Positions 37,701-49,445 of a DNA stretch of 64,000 nt are shown in pieces. This DNA is from Owenia fusiformis (lineage: Eukaryota): the NCBI GenBank assembly GCA_903813345.2, contig CAIIXF020000001.1, positions 31,248,001 through 31,312,000 of the forward strand. Direction: 5' to 3'. Position numbers and translations under genes: made by a program. How positions within the stretch are numbered: position 1 is the first letter of the stretch; every line of letters begins with the position of its first letter. The notes below the pieces were generated by a model, which ran no database searches, was not told the origin of the DNA, and was given only the letters and a program-made list of their open reading frames with translations.

Positions 37701-39453
37701 ATAAATAAATGGATATAATTTTTCGCTGATTTTTCGTAACAAAATTATTTCATACATCTACTCTTTACATTGACATGGATTTTTACAATGTAGGACACTT
37801 GAAATTATTTGTTAAGCTAGGAAATGGGTCAAAAGTGAATTTCGCGAGACAAAAATGGCGGCCATTTTGAAAATAGGTGAGCTTTTGAACCAGGAGTCAT
37901 AGGAGAGTTTTTTGTATTGATGTTGAACAAAAATAACTTAAAATGGGAATCCTATCGACAGAGGGTTTAAGGTAAATGGTCCAAAAGTGAATTTTGCGAG
38001 ACAGATGGACAAATCAATGTTAACTAAAATGGCTGAAAATAAATAAATGGATATAATTTTTCACTGAATTTCGTAACAAAATTATTTCATACATCTACTC
38101 TTTACTTTGGAATGGATTTCTACAATGTAGGACACTTGAAATTATTTGTAAAGCTAGGAAATGGGTCAAAAGTGAATTTCGCGAGACAAAAATGGCGGCC
38201 ATTTTGAAAATAGGCAAGCTTTTGAACCAGGAGTCATAGGGGAGTTTTCTGAATTCATGTTGGACAGAAATAACTTAAAACAGGAATCCTATCGACAGAG
38301 GTTTTAAAACGTGCCACTGTTATTGACAGAAAGTGGATTTCGCGAGTCAGATAGACAAATCAATGTTAAGTAAAATTGCTGAAAATAAAAAAATGGATAC
38401 AATTTTTCGATGATTTTTTGTAACAAAATTATTTCATATATCTAATCTTTACATTGACATGGATTTCTACAATGTAGGACACTTGAAATTATTTGTAAAG
38501 CTAGGAAATGGGCCAAAAGTGAATTTCACAAACAAAAGTGACGGCCATTTTGAAAATAGGCGAGCTTTTGAACCAGGAGTCATAGGGAGGTTTTCTGTAT
38601 TGATGTTGAACAGAACTAACTTAAAACAGGAATCCTATCGACAGAGGTTAGCTAGGAAATGGGCTAAAAGTGAATTTCGCGAGACAAAAGTGACGGCCAT
38701 TTTGAAAATAGGCGAGCTTTTGAACCAGGAGTCATAGGGGGGTTTTCTGTATTGATGTTGAACAGAAATAACTTAAAACAGGAATCCTATCGACAGAGGT
38801 TTTAAAACGTGCCACTATTGTTGACGGACGGACAGACGGACGGACGGACGGACGGACAGACAGACGGACAAGTGAGTGATTGCAAAAGCTCACCATGTGA
38901 GCTAATAAAAAACATGAAAATCCAGTGAAAAAATTGTTTTTTATACATTTTACAAAAAAATCTTCTCACCAGTCTTTTCTAGGCACATAAGTGCACTCTT
39001 TGTGCAAAACTGGAAGATGTAGACATTAGACAAAGTGGGGAAGGAGTGATTCCTGTTTGAAAAATAACATGTGACTCAATTGAGGAATGCAGAAAAATTC
39101 TGAACATGCATCCTGGCCTTAAAGGGGCAACAAGGACTGTAGAGAGAAAATTCGAAATTTTTTCTTTTTTCTGAACATCTTCTTTGACATACCTATTTTC
39201 TTAAAATGTATGGATAAACTCTGAATTTCAGCATTAAGAAGTGTAAATTCAGTTCAAAGCTCCTATAAAGGGAGTCCCACTTATTGAATATAATACCTGA
39301 GAGACTGGTTTGACATGCAGGGCAAGTGAATGCTTCGTTAAACTCCCTTGTTCCATCTTCGTCACAGAATATGTGTGAACAGGATGTCACCCAAGCAAAG
39401 GTACTCAACCTTTTCCGGCATCTTTTAAAGTTACAGCACAAGTCTGCCTCCAT
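34777..39453 (-). CDS. CCNB1IP1: E3 ligase CCNB1IP1/HEI10 (meiotic crossover RING protein), 277 aa; coding exons 39297-39453 and 34777-35453
   Basis: N-terminal RING LCCNFKRCRK...AWVTSCSHIFC...CPACQTSLSG. A phase-1 intron joins it in frame to GKLDIIRIDLQPTEQYKSMVLSGLKPETIMEICTRSMAFWTYQ, followed by a coiled coil. Confidence 0.95.
36105..36807. repeat. Degenerate fold-back element in the CCNB1IP1 intron
   Basis: tggtatcgatatggagaact versus agttctccatatcgatacca at the ends, with an inner pair tttccgaacct and aggttcggaaa. Confidence 0.7.
36911..38912 (-). mobile_element. HINE-like element carrying a ~340-bp tandem array (about 5.5 units)
   Basis: Sub-terminal inverted repeats GCTCACATGGTGA (36934) and TCACCATGTGAGC (38890), a hairpin gtaccgtgggtac at 36918 and a (GACG/GACA)n microsatellite at 38823-38870. 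The unit marker gtaacaaaattatttca recurs at ~37066, 37399, 37736, 38073 and 38420. Confidence 0.85.
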
Positions 39454-39871
39454 GCTACACTGCCTCTGTAAATCAAATCAACAGTACCATTGGTGCTAGG
39501 CAATTATGGTGTCATGGTTTCATGCATAAATTACTATCCTAACGATTGTGAGTCACTAGTTTACTGACCTGATTTAACTAGAAAGAACAATTAAGAGCAA
39601 TTATTATTTTGCTTTAATAACTCACGATCAATTGACATTGTGCTGTTTCGACTAGAATGAACAATTCAGAGCAATTTGTGTGATTCTGTTTTTTGTTAAG
39701 AGATACAGTCTCTAGAAGTAGAACCATTGTTTAAATGACAAAGCATTCTTGAGCATCTATTATTCCCTTTTTTACTCGTATTTGATATATGGCAATCTTA
39801 TCTTGGGTGAAGCAGGTAGTGGTTTGTTAAACTCCCTTCATATTTTGCAGAAAAAAATGTACATATATGTA

Positions 39872-40850
39872 CAGGTGACCCAAAATGAATGCAACCCATA
39901 AATGTGCTTGTAATTTCTATAACCAATAAAATAAATGCTTCATTTTTCATTCATGTCAAGCTAAGGTAATAAAAAATAATTCCTAAAAGTGTAGCTTCTG
40001 CCTTTCTGTCTGTCTTTTTAAGGCCTTCAAAAAACGTGATAAGATCATCTCGAAGTCGTAGGGACTCCTGGATGAAGTGGGCGAAGTTGTCAATTTCGCA
40101 TACACACTACTCTTTTGGGATAGCTCTGATCTTTGCAGTGCTATCTGTTTTCAGGTGTCTGATTGTCTTTGCATGGTTTTCATAAACAACCGTGAAGGTA
40201 GAAATCTGGTGCTTTTAAGTCGTGTGAGTTTGGGGCCCAGAGTACAGTCACATCTATTGATCAGTCCATCAAATCTTGTGTGGTAATGAGGAAGTTTTGG
40301 ATAGCTTTAGGGAAACCTTGGGGCATCACCAATGAAGAACAATGGTTCCAACAGAACAAGGCCATTGGCCACCCAATACATTACAAACCAATAGTTGGAG
40401 TGGCTACAGCAACTGTTTGAGAATCGACTGATGAGATGTGACCGCTTGTAGGCCCAAATTTAATGCCCCAGATTTCTATCTGTGGGCTTACTTGAAGAAC
40501 CATTGTTTTTGATAATCTCCCCCAGAAAATCAGACAACCCACAACAGAAATCAATCAAATTGCAAAGATCAGAACTATCCTAAGAGAGTAGTGTGTCCGT
40601 GAAGTTGACAACAATTCGTGCACCGCATTCAGGAATGCCTGCGAGTACGATGTCGAAGTGGTCAAACAGGCCATATTAAGACTGACAGACCATTTGATTG
40701 GCAGGACCCAAACTTATGGGACTTATTTGTTTTCACCTCAGCTTGATCGGAGTGATAAATGAAGCATTTACTGTATTTTATTGAATCTGATCATATTGGT
40801 TATAGAAATTAAAAGCACATTTATGGGTTGCATTTATTTTGGGTCACCCA
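39872..40850 (+). mobile_element. Defective Tc1/mariner-superfamily element with transposase remnants
   Basis: TIRs ggtgacccaaaatgaatgcaacccataaatgtgct and agcacatttatgggttgcatttattttgggtcacc. Frame-disrupted WFQQ and PDFYL.WAYLKN-like motifs lie at ~40340-40510. Confidence 0.8.
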
Positions 40851-40887
40851 AAAGTGACCCAATATTTAGAGATATATATTTTTATTG

Positions 40888-41214
40888 ATCCGAATCACAA
40901 ATGGTCTGAATTCCAATGGTTCAAAATGGTCCAGATCCTAATCATCCAAATCCAAATCGTCTGAATCTAATTGGTCGGAATCACAATAGTCAGAATCCCA
41001 TTGGCTTGAATCCAAATTGCCCGAATCCCAATGGTCCGAATCCCAATTGTTTGAAAACCAATGGTCCAAATTCCAATCGTCAGAATCCAATTGGTTCGAA
41101 TCCCAATGGTCCAATCGTGTCGTCCACATCAAAATCGTCGGAATCCCATTGGTCGGAATCCCAATAGCCTAGTCCGAATCCTATTCAGTTTGGATCCCAA
41201 TTGCATGAATCCCA
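40888..41214 (+). repeat. 15-bp minisatellite (GAATCCCAATGGTCC), resuming at 42015
   Basis: About 20 degenerate units. They explain the NPNGP-rich ORFs in the track. Confidence 0.9.
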
Positions 41215-42014
41215 CCCAAGTAAAAAAGAAATCTAATATACTACTTAGACTAATACATCACCAATACACCATGAAAAGTGATTTAGTCAAGTGGTTCATA
41301 AGATATGTATTAAAACTGGCAATACTCAACTAATAAACCACTGTAAGGTCTTTTAGGTGGAGTGGTTTCTTAGTTGTGTATTAAACTGATCCTTGATTTA
41401 GAATGAGAAACCCCTTTTAAAAGGCGGAAATAGTTAAAATGTGAGTGAATTAATTCTCCAGTGAAATGTAGCATTACAACCAGAGAGGTGACTGGACTTT
41501 ATTGAATCTTGCTCAGCATATTTATACATTTAACGCCTACATTTAAAGGTATGTAGAAGATGGACATGTTGAATCTTATTCATAATTTCTTACTGAATTT
41601 AGCACTATTGAGATTTTGTACCTTATGGAATTCCGAGATTTCAGGAGTGATTTGTTAGTAGTCTATTAGACTAGTAGTGGTGTATTAGTGGTGTATTAGA
41701 GTTCAGGAAGTGATGTATTAGTGGTCTATTAGTAATACTTGAGACTTCAGGAGTGATCTATTAGAAGTGTATTACATGCTCTCTGATTGGTCAATAATTT
41801 TTATCTCATTTGCATGGTAATTTTTTCAACTAGGTAATAAACCACCTGTTAAGTCAACATGGTCAATGGCAAAAAGTGATCTGTTAACGAAAATGACCAC
41901 TAACAAATCACTAATAGATCCCCGAATAGATCATGTTCTACTAGTTGAGTATTAGTAGTCTATTAGTGGTTTATTAGACTAGAGTGGTATGGCAAGCTGT
42001 TTTTTCCACTTGGG
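41215..42014. mobile_element. CMC/EnSpm-like non-autonomous element with 2-bp TSD
   Basis: ca|CCCAAGTAAAAAA...TTTTTCCACTTGGG|ca with subterminal ctaata/tattag repeats. Removing it restores a perfect minisatellite unit. Confidence 0.75.
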
Positions 42015-42350
42015 CAATGGTCCGAATCCATTTTCAGTTTCAAATCAACGAAATTGAGACCATTGTAACGTTATTCTGAACAATGGCCCGCACAGAGTTA
42101 TTAAGGGTTGATTGAGTCGAGGTTTGCTTTAATGACTTCTTTTTAATCTAGACGACTTCATGTGATGCGCCGACACCCAAATGGAGCCCAATGGTGTGTC
42201 CTGCTCACCGTGACTGTGTGCTCGCTGAGTTCGAAATGTCAGTGAAATTCAAAGCAATGTCCCATTGCGCAGCGTCGATGTATACATTCTAGAGTGGGAA
42301 AATAAAATGCTAGATCTAAATGACAAAAAAATATTCAGAAATCGACATAC

Positions 42351-42660
42351 CTATTAACAGTTGGTAATTGGTATATGAATAAATGATGCTGTTAGACTAA
42401 TTTATTTCATCTACTTATTGGAATTCAAAAATGGCGCAATGGCAGACGACCCATGACAAGGCTAATATCTTGTAATATTTCTGTGTGACATTTCTATTTC
42501 TATAGCCTGACAACTGCACAGTGAATTTTTATACAATCATATAGTTCTTTGCAATTTTGAATTCTAAAAGGGGAAAGAATTTAATTCTTTGATTCAATAT
42601 ATATTAGTATTTTTCGAGGGGGTGTTTGATTTGTGTCATGTTGCACATAATACTTCCGGT
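42351..42660. promoter_or_regulatory. Probable non-coding first exon of CCNB1IP1 and shared bidirectional promoter
   Basis: Minus-strand donor AG|GTATGT at ~42350. YY1-type AAAATGGCG at ~42428-42436 and ETS-type ACTTCCGG at ~42652. An acceptor at ~39466 lies just before the CCNB1IP1 ATG. Confidence 0.5.
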
Positions 42661-45560
42661 TGAATATTTTCGATTTGTATCACTGTTTTTCGCAAATTGA
42701 ACGCAACATCAAGGTAAGCTGTGATGTGTACATTTCATATCTTGTAGAAACATCATATGTGGTAATTTAGTTAAAATATATCATTTGTACCATAGGAGAA
42801 TCAGCTTGGGAACACCTAAATAGGAGTGACTTATATAGACAAATGTTGAACACCTTCCTTCAAATGTGGACACCTTGGTCCAAAACTGAACACCTTGGTC
42901 AAAATATCGGACACCTCAATTTTTTCCCCCTCACTAACGTTCGCATTTAAAACTCCGTAAAGGGGGGTAGGTACAAAAGAATTGAAGCAAATGTGTGACA
43001 TATACGGAGCAGGCCTGTCAACTGTCCCGTGACTATTTGTCACGCATTTGCTGAAGAATTTGAAGTCACGCCAATTATGTTTGCGTGACAGAAAATGTCA
43101 CGCAAATACGCATTTTACCTGGTAATTGTCAAGCAAAAATATTTCTGTAGAAAAATTTCTAAAAAAGTTTGTCGACACAGCAAAAATACGAACGCCGAAA
43201 AAAAACGTACGCATTCCGTTCGGAATTTTCACGCGAATTACATATATGTCACGCATTCCGTTCGAAATTTTCAAGTATGCTGTATTTTATTTCATCGATC
43301 AAAAAGTGTTCATCAAAATAAATGAGCAATTACGAGCCTCGTTACAAGACCCATACATACAGGCAAGTACATTGCTCGAAAGTTACGAGCCATTACGTCC
43401 TTGTTACAGGCATCGCACAGGCAGGCTGTCCAACTGTCCCGCAATTTGCGTATTTGTCACGCATTTGCTGGAAAATTTGAAGTCACGCCAGTTTTTTTTG
43501 CATGACAGAGTATGTCACGCAAATACGCATTTTACCTGATTATTGTCCAGCAAAAACATTCCTGTAGGAAAAATTTTCTAAAATGATCGGCAATACACCA
43601 AAAAACCGAACGACGAAAAAAACGAACACATTTCATATGTTACGAGGCTCGAAAATTACAAGCTATTACGACACTCATAACAAGGCCCGTGCGAGGTTGT
43701 ACAGGGCTTTTTGACTCAATGAGCTCCGTTCCGTACAGGCTTGTACAAGGTCTGATGTAATTTGCCTGTGTACAGAAATATTTTTGCTTGCCAATTATAA
43801 GGTAAAATGCATATTTGTGTGACATATTCTGTCACACAAAAAAATCTGGCGTGACTGTAATATCTTCAGCAAATGAGTGACAAATACGCAAATTGCGGGA
43901 CAGTTGGACGGCCTGCTAAAGCCTATACATGTATGTTATTATACAGATCACTTATTATGTTCTTCATTCAGGATCTTAAATTGCAGTACTGGATATTCAA
44001 AATACTTTTCAGGAGAAAAATGGTACTGTTACAAGGTGTGCCAGGACCATAGTGCAAGTGACGGTGTACAAGAGTACAATGTTGTGCCCAGACATTCAGG
44101 ATTTCAGGAGCCTTTTTGATGTTTGACATGGCTCATAAAATGGCTGAAAGGTAATTGAGGTTCCTCAATAATCCTTCCTCTCAGGGTTAGATGATGAAAC
44201 ATAAATGTAATGTTACTAAAATTCCGGAAAACAATGAACAACGCTCCTTGGTAGCAATTTTGAAAAATAATATTTCACTATTTATATAACTTATAAACTA
44301 AATATGAAATAAAGGGATTTAACTTAATACGAATATCTTTATGTAGCTTATTCATATTGTTACATGTGTAGAACCAACAATGGGCCAGGCCAGTCAAACC
44401 TGTAAAGTGGAACACCTCCCTGGTAGATACTCTTTTGGAGGAACCAAATGTGTTCCACTTAGACAGGTTTTACTGGACTCCATTCTGAAAAGTTTACTGC
44501 AAATAAATTATTCCGTTATATTATTTTATAATATTCTTCAATGTAATTCTACTTTTATTTTATAATTGTGATGATGATTTCTTTAAACAATATTTTATCA
44601 TATACAGGTGCCAATGGTATCCTGCCACCAAGACAAAATCATGAAGTGATTTGGAACTGAACTGCTAATCTCTCTGGGAAAGAGGATTCCAACCTGGCCT
44701 TAGACCATGTGTGTGAGTTTCAAGTTGCTATTACAAAAGGTAATTGTTGGTTCCATTTATAGAAATAAGTTTCAGTAGTATCATTGCCTCTTGTTTGCCA
44801 TTTTGAATTCAGTGGCAATCTTCCTTCTTGAAAATTCCTGCGGGATGAACATATAAAGTATTTGAGCTATCAAAGATTACATTTTTAAACAACAAATGGC
44901 GGCCGTTTTAAGGACAGCCATCTTAAAAATTCATTCTTGAGCACAGCTTTTTCTGCCTAAGGCATCAAGTATATAAAATTTGAACCAAATCCAATGATAT
45001 TTGCTCAATTCCAGAAGTTTCTCTATGTACAAAAGAAAAATCAACAAAAAGATTCCTCCATTATTAGGACATACTGAAATTCAAAATTATGCATGTTCAT
45101 TTCCTGGTCACTTTATGAATACATCAATGATGATATCAGTGTCATGTAACAATGTTTTTTCTACTTTAGAAGGTCCAAAGTGGGGTCATTGTCTGCTGAG
45201 CCACCAGGTTGATCGCGTTTACCACCTAGTTGGGTTAACTGGTCAATGGGTAAACAACTTGACAAGAGCAGCTGCAAGGTTTACACTCATCAAAGTCAAA
45301 CAAACAGAAAACTGAGAAAGATGTTTTAACATTTATAACAACATTCAAGCCTGACAAACTGTTCGATAAGGTACCAGGACCTGTACATCCTTCATTCAGA
45401 ACATTGAAACATGAACTTAAACTGAAGGCACATACACACTGAAATACAGATGTAATTTGGACGCTGAGGTTATGAGAGCTTTGTACCTATTTCGGTGAAA
45501 AAGTTACTTGATACAAGGCCATGTGTCAATGGATCCTACACAATAAATAACTCTCAATAC
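42661..45560 (+). ncRNA. Putative spliced lncRNA or decayed coding gene divergent from CCNB1IP1; candidate exons ~42661-42713, 43972-44150, 44608-44739, 45170-~45560
   Basis: Good donors (AAG|gtaagc, AAG|gtaatt twice), pyrimidine-rich acceptors, GC-richer exon blocks and AATAAA at 45542. There is no long ATG-initiated ORF. Confidence 0.45.
42800..43915. mobile_element. Cluster of partial or nested copies of the CAGGCCTGTCAAC MITE family
   Basis: Family termini at ~43010 (caggcctgtcaactg), ~43421 (caggctgtccaactg) and ~43915 (agttggacggcctg). The interiors match 2009-2340. Confidence 0.8.
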
Positions 45561-46349
45561 TCCCCAATATCATTTGCATGATAGAAAAACCGGGGAAAGA
45601 ACCCTACCAGGCCTCGGTGTATTCATCTGCCATTCATAAGTTGATTGAACCACACTTTTTTGATGTTTACTATTTCATAAATAAGTTTTTCATGTTTTTA
45701 AGTTTGTGAGATTTTCACACTCATATATTGCTGGAGCAGATCAATGAATTGATATCAAAATTTAAAATATACAACATAAGTTTGAAATATATCTTTATCG
45801 AGAGAGAGTTCCCTTTTCGGGAATGGAACTGGGATGAATACAGCCATCTTTTTATGGCCTCTTCACATTAATGGTTGTACAACTAAGTAAGCCTCCTAGT
45901 GTTTCAGATCTCTCTGCCCTTCCTACTTCTGGCAAATAGTCTATGGCTATTGGCTAGTTTTGGAAGGTTCCACTGACAAAATGTCACCACCTTTCGAAGG
46001 TCATTGAAGGTCAAAGCTCATTTCTAAAGTCAAATTTGAATTTTCGAGAACTTTTAGATGATTTAAAAAAATAATTTGATTGATTCGAAGCAAGTTGCAA
46101 AAATACCTTTTTGACCTTTTTTGACCTTGAGAAGGACATTGAAGGTCAAATCTTATGTCAGATTTGAACTTCTGAGAACTTGTAGACATTTTGCATGTTA
46201 ATGTCTTGTTCAATTATTTTATGAGTACAAGTTGAAAAAGGTTCAATTCAATATTATGCATCAATTTGTATTGCTTCCTATGGATAGTCAACCTTATCCT
46301 ATTGTAATTGTTTGATGTATTGACCTTTTATTGAAATTGTAACTTTTCG

Positions 46350-46822
46350 GCTTTGTATTAAAAACCTCCTACCTCATACCCACCTACCCACGTACGTGGG
46401 ACATGATACAGTCTTTGAAGGGTTCAATTTTAAAGATCTTAGTTTATTAAATCTTATTTTATGATGAATTATAGATGCATTTGTAACGACCCTTGATAGC
46501 AATTGTTGCTACTACATCCCAGCTGGGTTCGATTCCCATTCAGGGCATCGAATTTAGCACACTTTCTTTCAATCTGGCTTGTTGGACCTATGCTCGCGGT
46601 TGTTAGTTATTTATTCCCCTGGGGCGCCCCCGGGTCATTACACATTAAAATGCATCCATATGCCTTTATTTGTGGATCTGTCATCTGTCTAGTCATAAAA
46701 TAAAGACAGAATTGCAGAAATGGTAATAATTTGAGATTTAATAATCTTTAAAATTGAACCCTCAATGACTGTATCATGTTCCACGTAGGTGGGTATGAGG
46801 TAGGAGGTTTTTTATACAAAGT
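46350..46822. mobile_element. Inverted-repeat pair enclosing a tRNA-derived SINE-like fragment (~46490-46705)
   Basis: aaaaacctcctacctcatacccaccta and taggtgggtatgaggtaggaggttttt. There is a B-box GGTTCGATTCC at ~46526 and an A-rich end at ~46700. Confidence 0.55.
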
Positions 46823-48835
46823 CTGACTTTTCACTAAAATAGACATTTTGAAATCAAAATAGACAAGTCTAGAGGTTTTACTGTGTATGAATATATATGT
46901 GAGTAATTCCCATTCATTTATCAGGAACAACTGGCACTTTCATTGGTCATAGTTGCTGACAATACAAGCAAACAGGCCTTGGTTAGAAATTTTTAAGATT
47001 TCCAATGTCCCTGTATGTTGATCGGAATGTGCTTCCCTTGTCATGTGTAAAATAAACTTGAATTACATATGTGAATCATTTAATGTGGTAGGAAAAATAT
47101 GATTGTGTACAGTAAATCCTATCTATTGGATAGTGCCTATGTTATTTGTTTCTATGAGTTTAATATATTTAAAATAAAACTTTGAAATTAAAAATATGTT
47201 CAGTTTTTGTTAACAAGAAGAATTTAAAACATCTTTTATCATATCGAGTCTTTTGATTTATGCATCGATCCTTCTTAAGATGGGCTTCCAAGAGAAGGGT
47301 ATCTCACCAATGAAGCTCATTGGCAATTATTCCCTGTACTAACCAAGTCTCAGTTACATGGGCCTAACATCAACATGAACACACACTGCTTCCTGGTAGG
47401 TGTCAGATTTCTGAATAAATTCTGAGGTCCCTCTCTAAACTCTCATCCTGCTGCTGCATCAAGGATTTCAATGGTGAGAGTGATGTGTTTAATTCCATGG
47501 TAGAATATGTTAAGTGGTAATGATGGTATGATGAATGGTAATATTTCCTATATTCTGTTGGTAATACTCCTATTGTTGATTGTTTATTTATGTTCACCAG
47601 AACCAGAAGTGGTGACATAGTCTCAAACCTTTTTGTGTGAAGGTGTTTGTGATGTTAATGCCTTTTTATATTGGTAAAATGGATTTCATATTGTTTACAT
47701 TTCAAATAATAATTTTAGAGCATAATTATCATTACTTATTGGACACCCTGTAGCAGTAGTTCAAGGTCACATGTCTAAGCAAGTGGTAATTTATACATTT
47801 TCCCCTTTCTGGACAAAGATCTGCAAAGATGAGGTAATTGTATGTTGCACTAATTTTGAACTTGGAAAGTCCTTCAAATGAATGTAATATATTGATTCTT
47901 CAGAAGGATATTCCTTGCGAGTCCATTTCTCTCAATATGGTTCCTATAACCATTTTTATACTCTCCATATTTAGCAAAACATGGGGAAAAGTATTGATAT
48001 TGTCAAAATTGATCATTTAAAATCAAGTGATCATTCGAAGTGGGCTGCCATCTGAACAAGTATTAAGTTTGCATATAGCAATAAGGTTAGAAGATATATA
48101 TGAAGCACATCTTAAAATATAGCAGCCTATTGTAATGATCAACTTTGACCATATTCAAACATTTCCCTATGTTTTGCTAAATATGGATAGTACATAGAGG
48201 TTATTTAATGGGAGGCATGGAATATGAATTTTATTTTTGAGAGAAAATATGATATTGGCCGAGAGTAATATCATATTGACTGAGGGTAACAGCTGGATTG
48301 TCAATATATCTTCTGATATTTATTTCCATCTCCTCTGTTGTGTACCGAGACTTGCTTAACGAAAACCATGAACATCGAGAGAAATCCCTAGGAATAGTTT
48401 TAATACGGGATCTGATTCAGGATTTTTTGAATATCAGTTGTATTCCCTATTTATTTCAAGGAAAACATGTTATGGAATAAAAATGGTTATACATGTAGCT
48501 ACCATATCAAGAGTGAAATGGGCTTACAAGGAATATCACTTTAATTCAAGAGTTACAGGTATATACTTAGTAGACCTGTGCCACCTTTTCACCTTCAACA
48601 ATGAGCACAGGTTTCAAAACTTGTATGACTGCTCTCCTGTCTGATGACTTCTCCTTTTCAGAATATTGATTGACATGGCTGGAGATGGGATCATCTTGTG
48701 TAGAATGTGTACAAAATCAGCTATTTACTTCAAATTTTTCAATTAATGTATCAAAGAGGAGTTACTTATTTGTCTGCTTATTGTGAAAAATGTTTAATAG
48801 AGGGTGTTATGTCTATTGTCATGAATAGGGATATA

Positions 48836-49445
48836 CATCTGATTTTTGTCCTCAGTAATAAGGGGATGTTCCATCTGATTTTTTTTATCTTCCATAATAA
48901 AGGAATGTTACATCTGATTTTTATCCTTGATAATAAAGGGATGTTCCATCTGATTTTTGTCTTTCATAATAAAGGGATGTTACATCTGATTTTTGTCCTC
49001 GATATTAAAGGGATGTTCCATCTGATTTTTGTCTTTCATAATAAAGGGATGTTACATCAGATTTTTGTCCTTGATAATATAGGGATGTTACATCTGTTTT
49101 TGTCTGAGATAATCAAGCGATTTGAATTTTGACATTTGAATTTTGTGAAAAGTATTACATATAATTTGTGTCATTGATAAGAGAGGGGTGTTACATCAGA
49201 TTTTCTCATTGATTATAAAGGGTTGTTATACCTGCCATAGAGAATAGAGGGGTGTTACATCTGATTTTCCCATCAATAATAGAGGGATATCATATGCCAT
49301 AGATTAAAGAGGGGTGTTACCTCCAATTTTAAGAGGTTTTCTTTATCTGACCTTTTCATAGAAAATAGGTGTTACATGATCTGACTATCTCATAAATAAG
49401 AGGGGTTACATCTGATTTTGTCAGAGATAATAGAGGGGTGTTACA
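48836..49445 (+). repeat. 36-bp minisatellite decaying rightwards
   Basis: The unit catctgatttttgtcYtYYataataaagggatgttR; the 12-aa repeat in ORF 48707-49132 reflects it. Confidence 0.9.

Noticed and set aside
36940..38820. Regular repeats as a CRISPR-like array, and ORF 38459-38737 as a gene
   Set aside because: The units are contiguous ~340-bp tandem copies with no unique spacers, inside a eukaryotic intron. The ORF is a by-product of the repeat.
40916..41333. NPNGP/DSD-rich ORFs on both strands
   Set aside because: They are open in several frames because of the 15-bp minisatellite.
45126..45200. Box C/D snoRNA candidate (ATGATGA...CTGA)
   Set aside because: There is no terminal stem and no recognisable guide, and it straddles a likely splice acceptor.
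45400..45700. SECIS element for the TGA-interrupted frame
   Set aside because: The ATGA motifs found lack a matching GA quartet partner and a proper helix by eye.
46490..46560. Possible tRNA gene (GGTTCGATTCC)
   Set aside because: I could not fold a cloverleaf and there is no clean A-box. It fits a SINE remnant better.
48707..49132. 141-aa ORF with a 12-aa repeat
   Set aside because: It is the translation of a 36-bp minisatellite, with a non-ATG start and no splice support.
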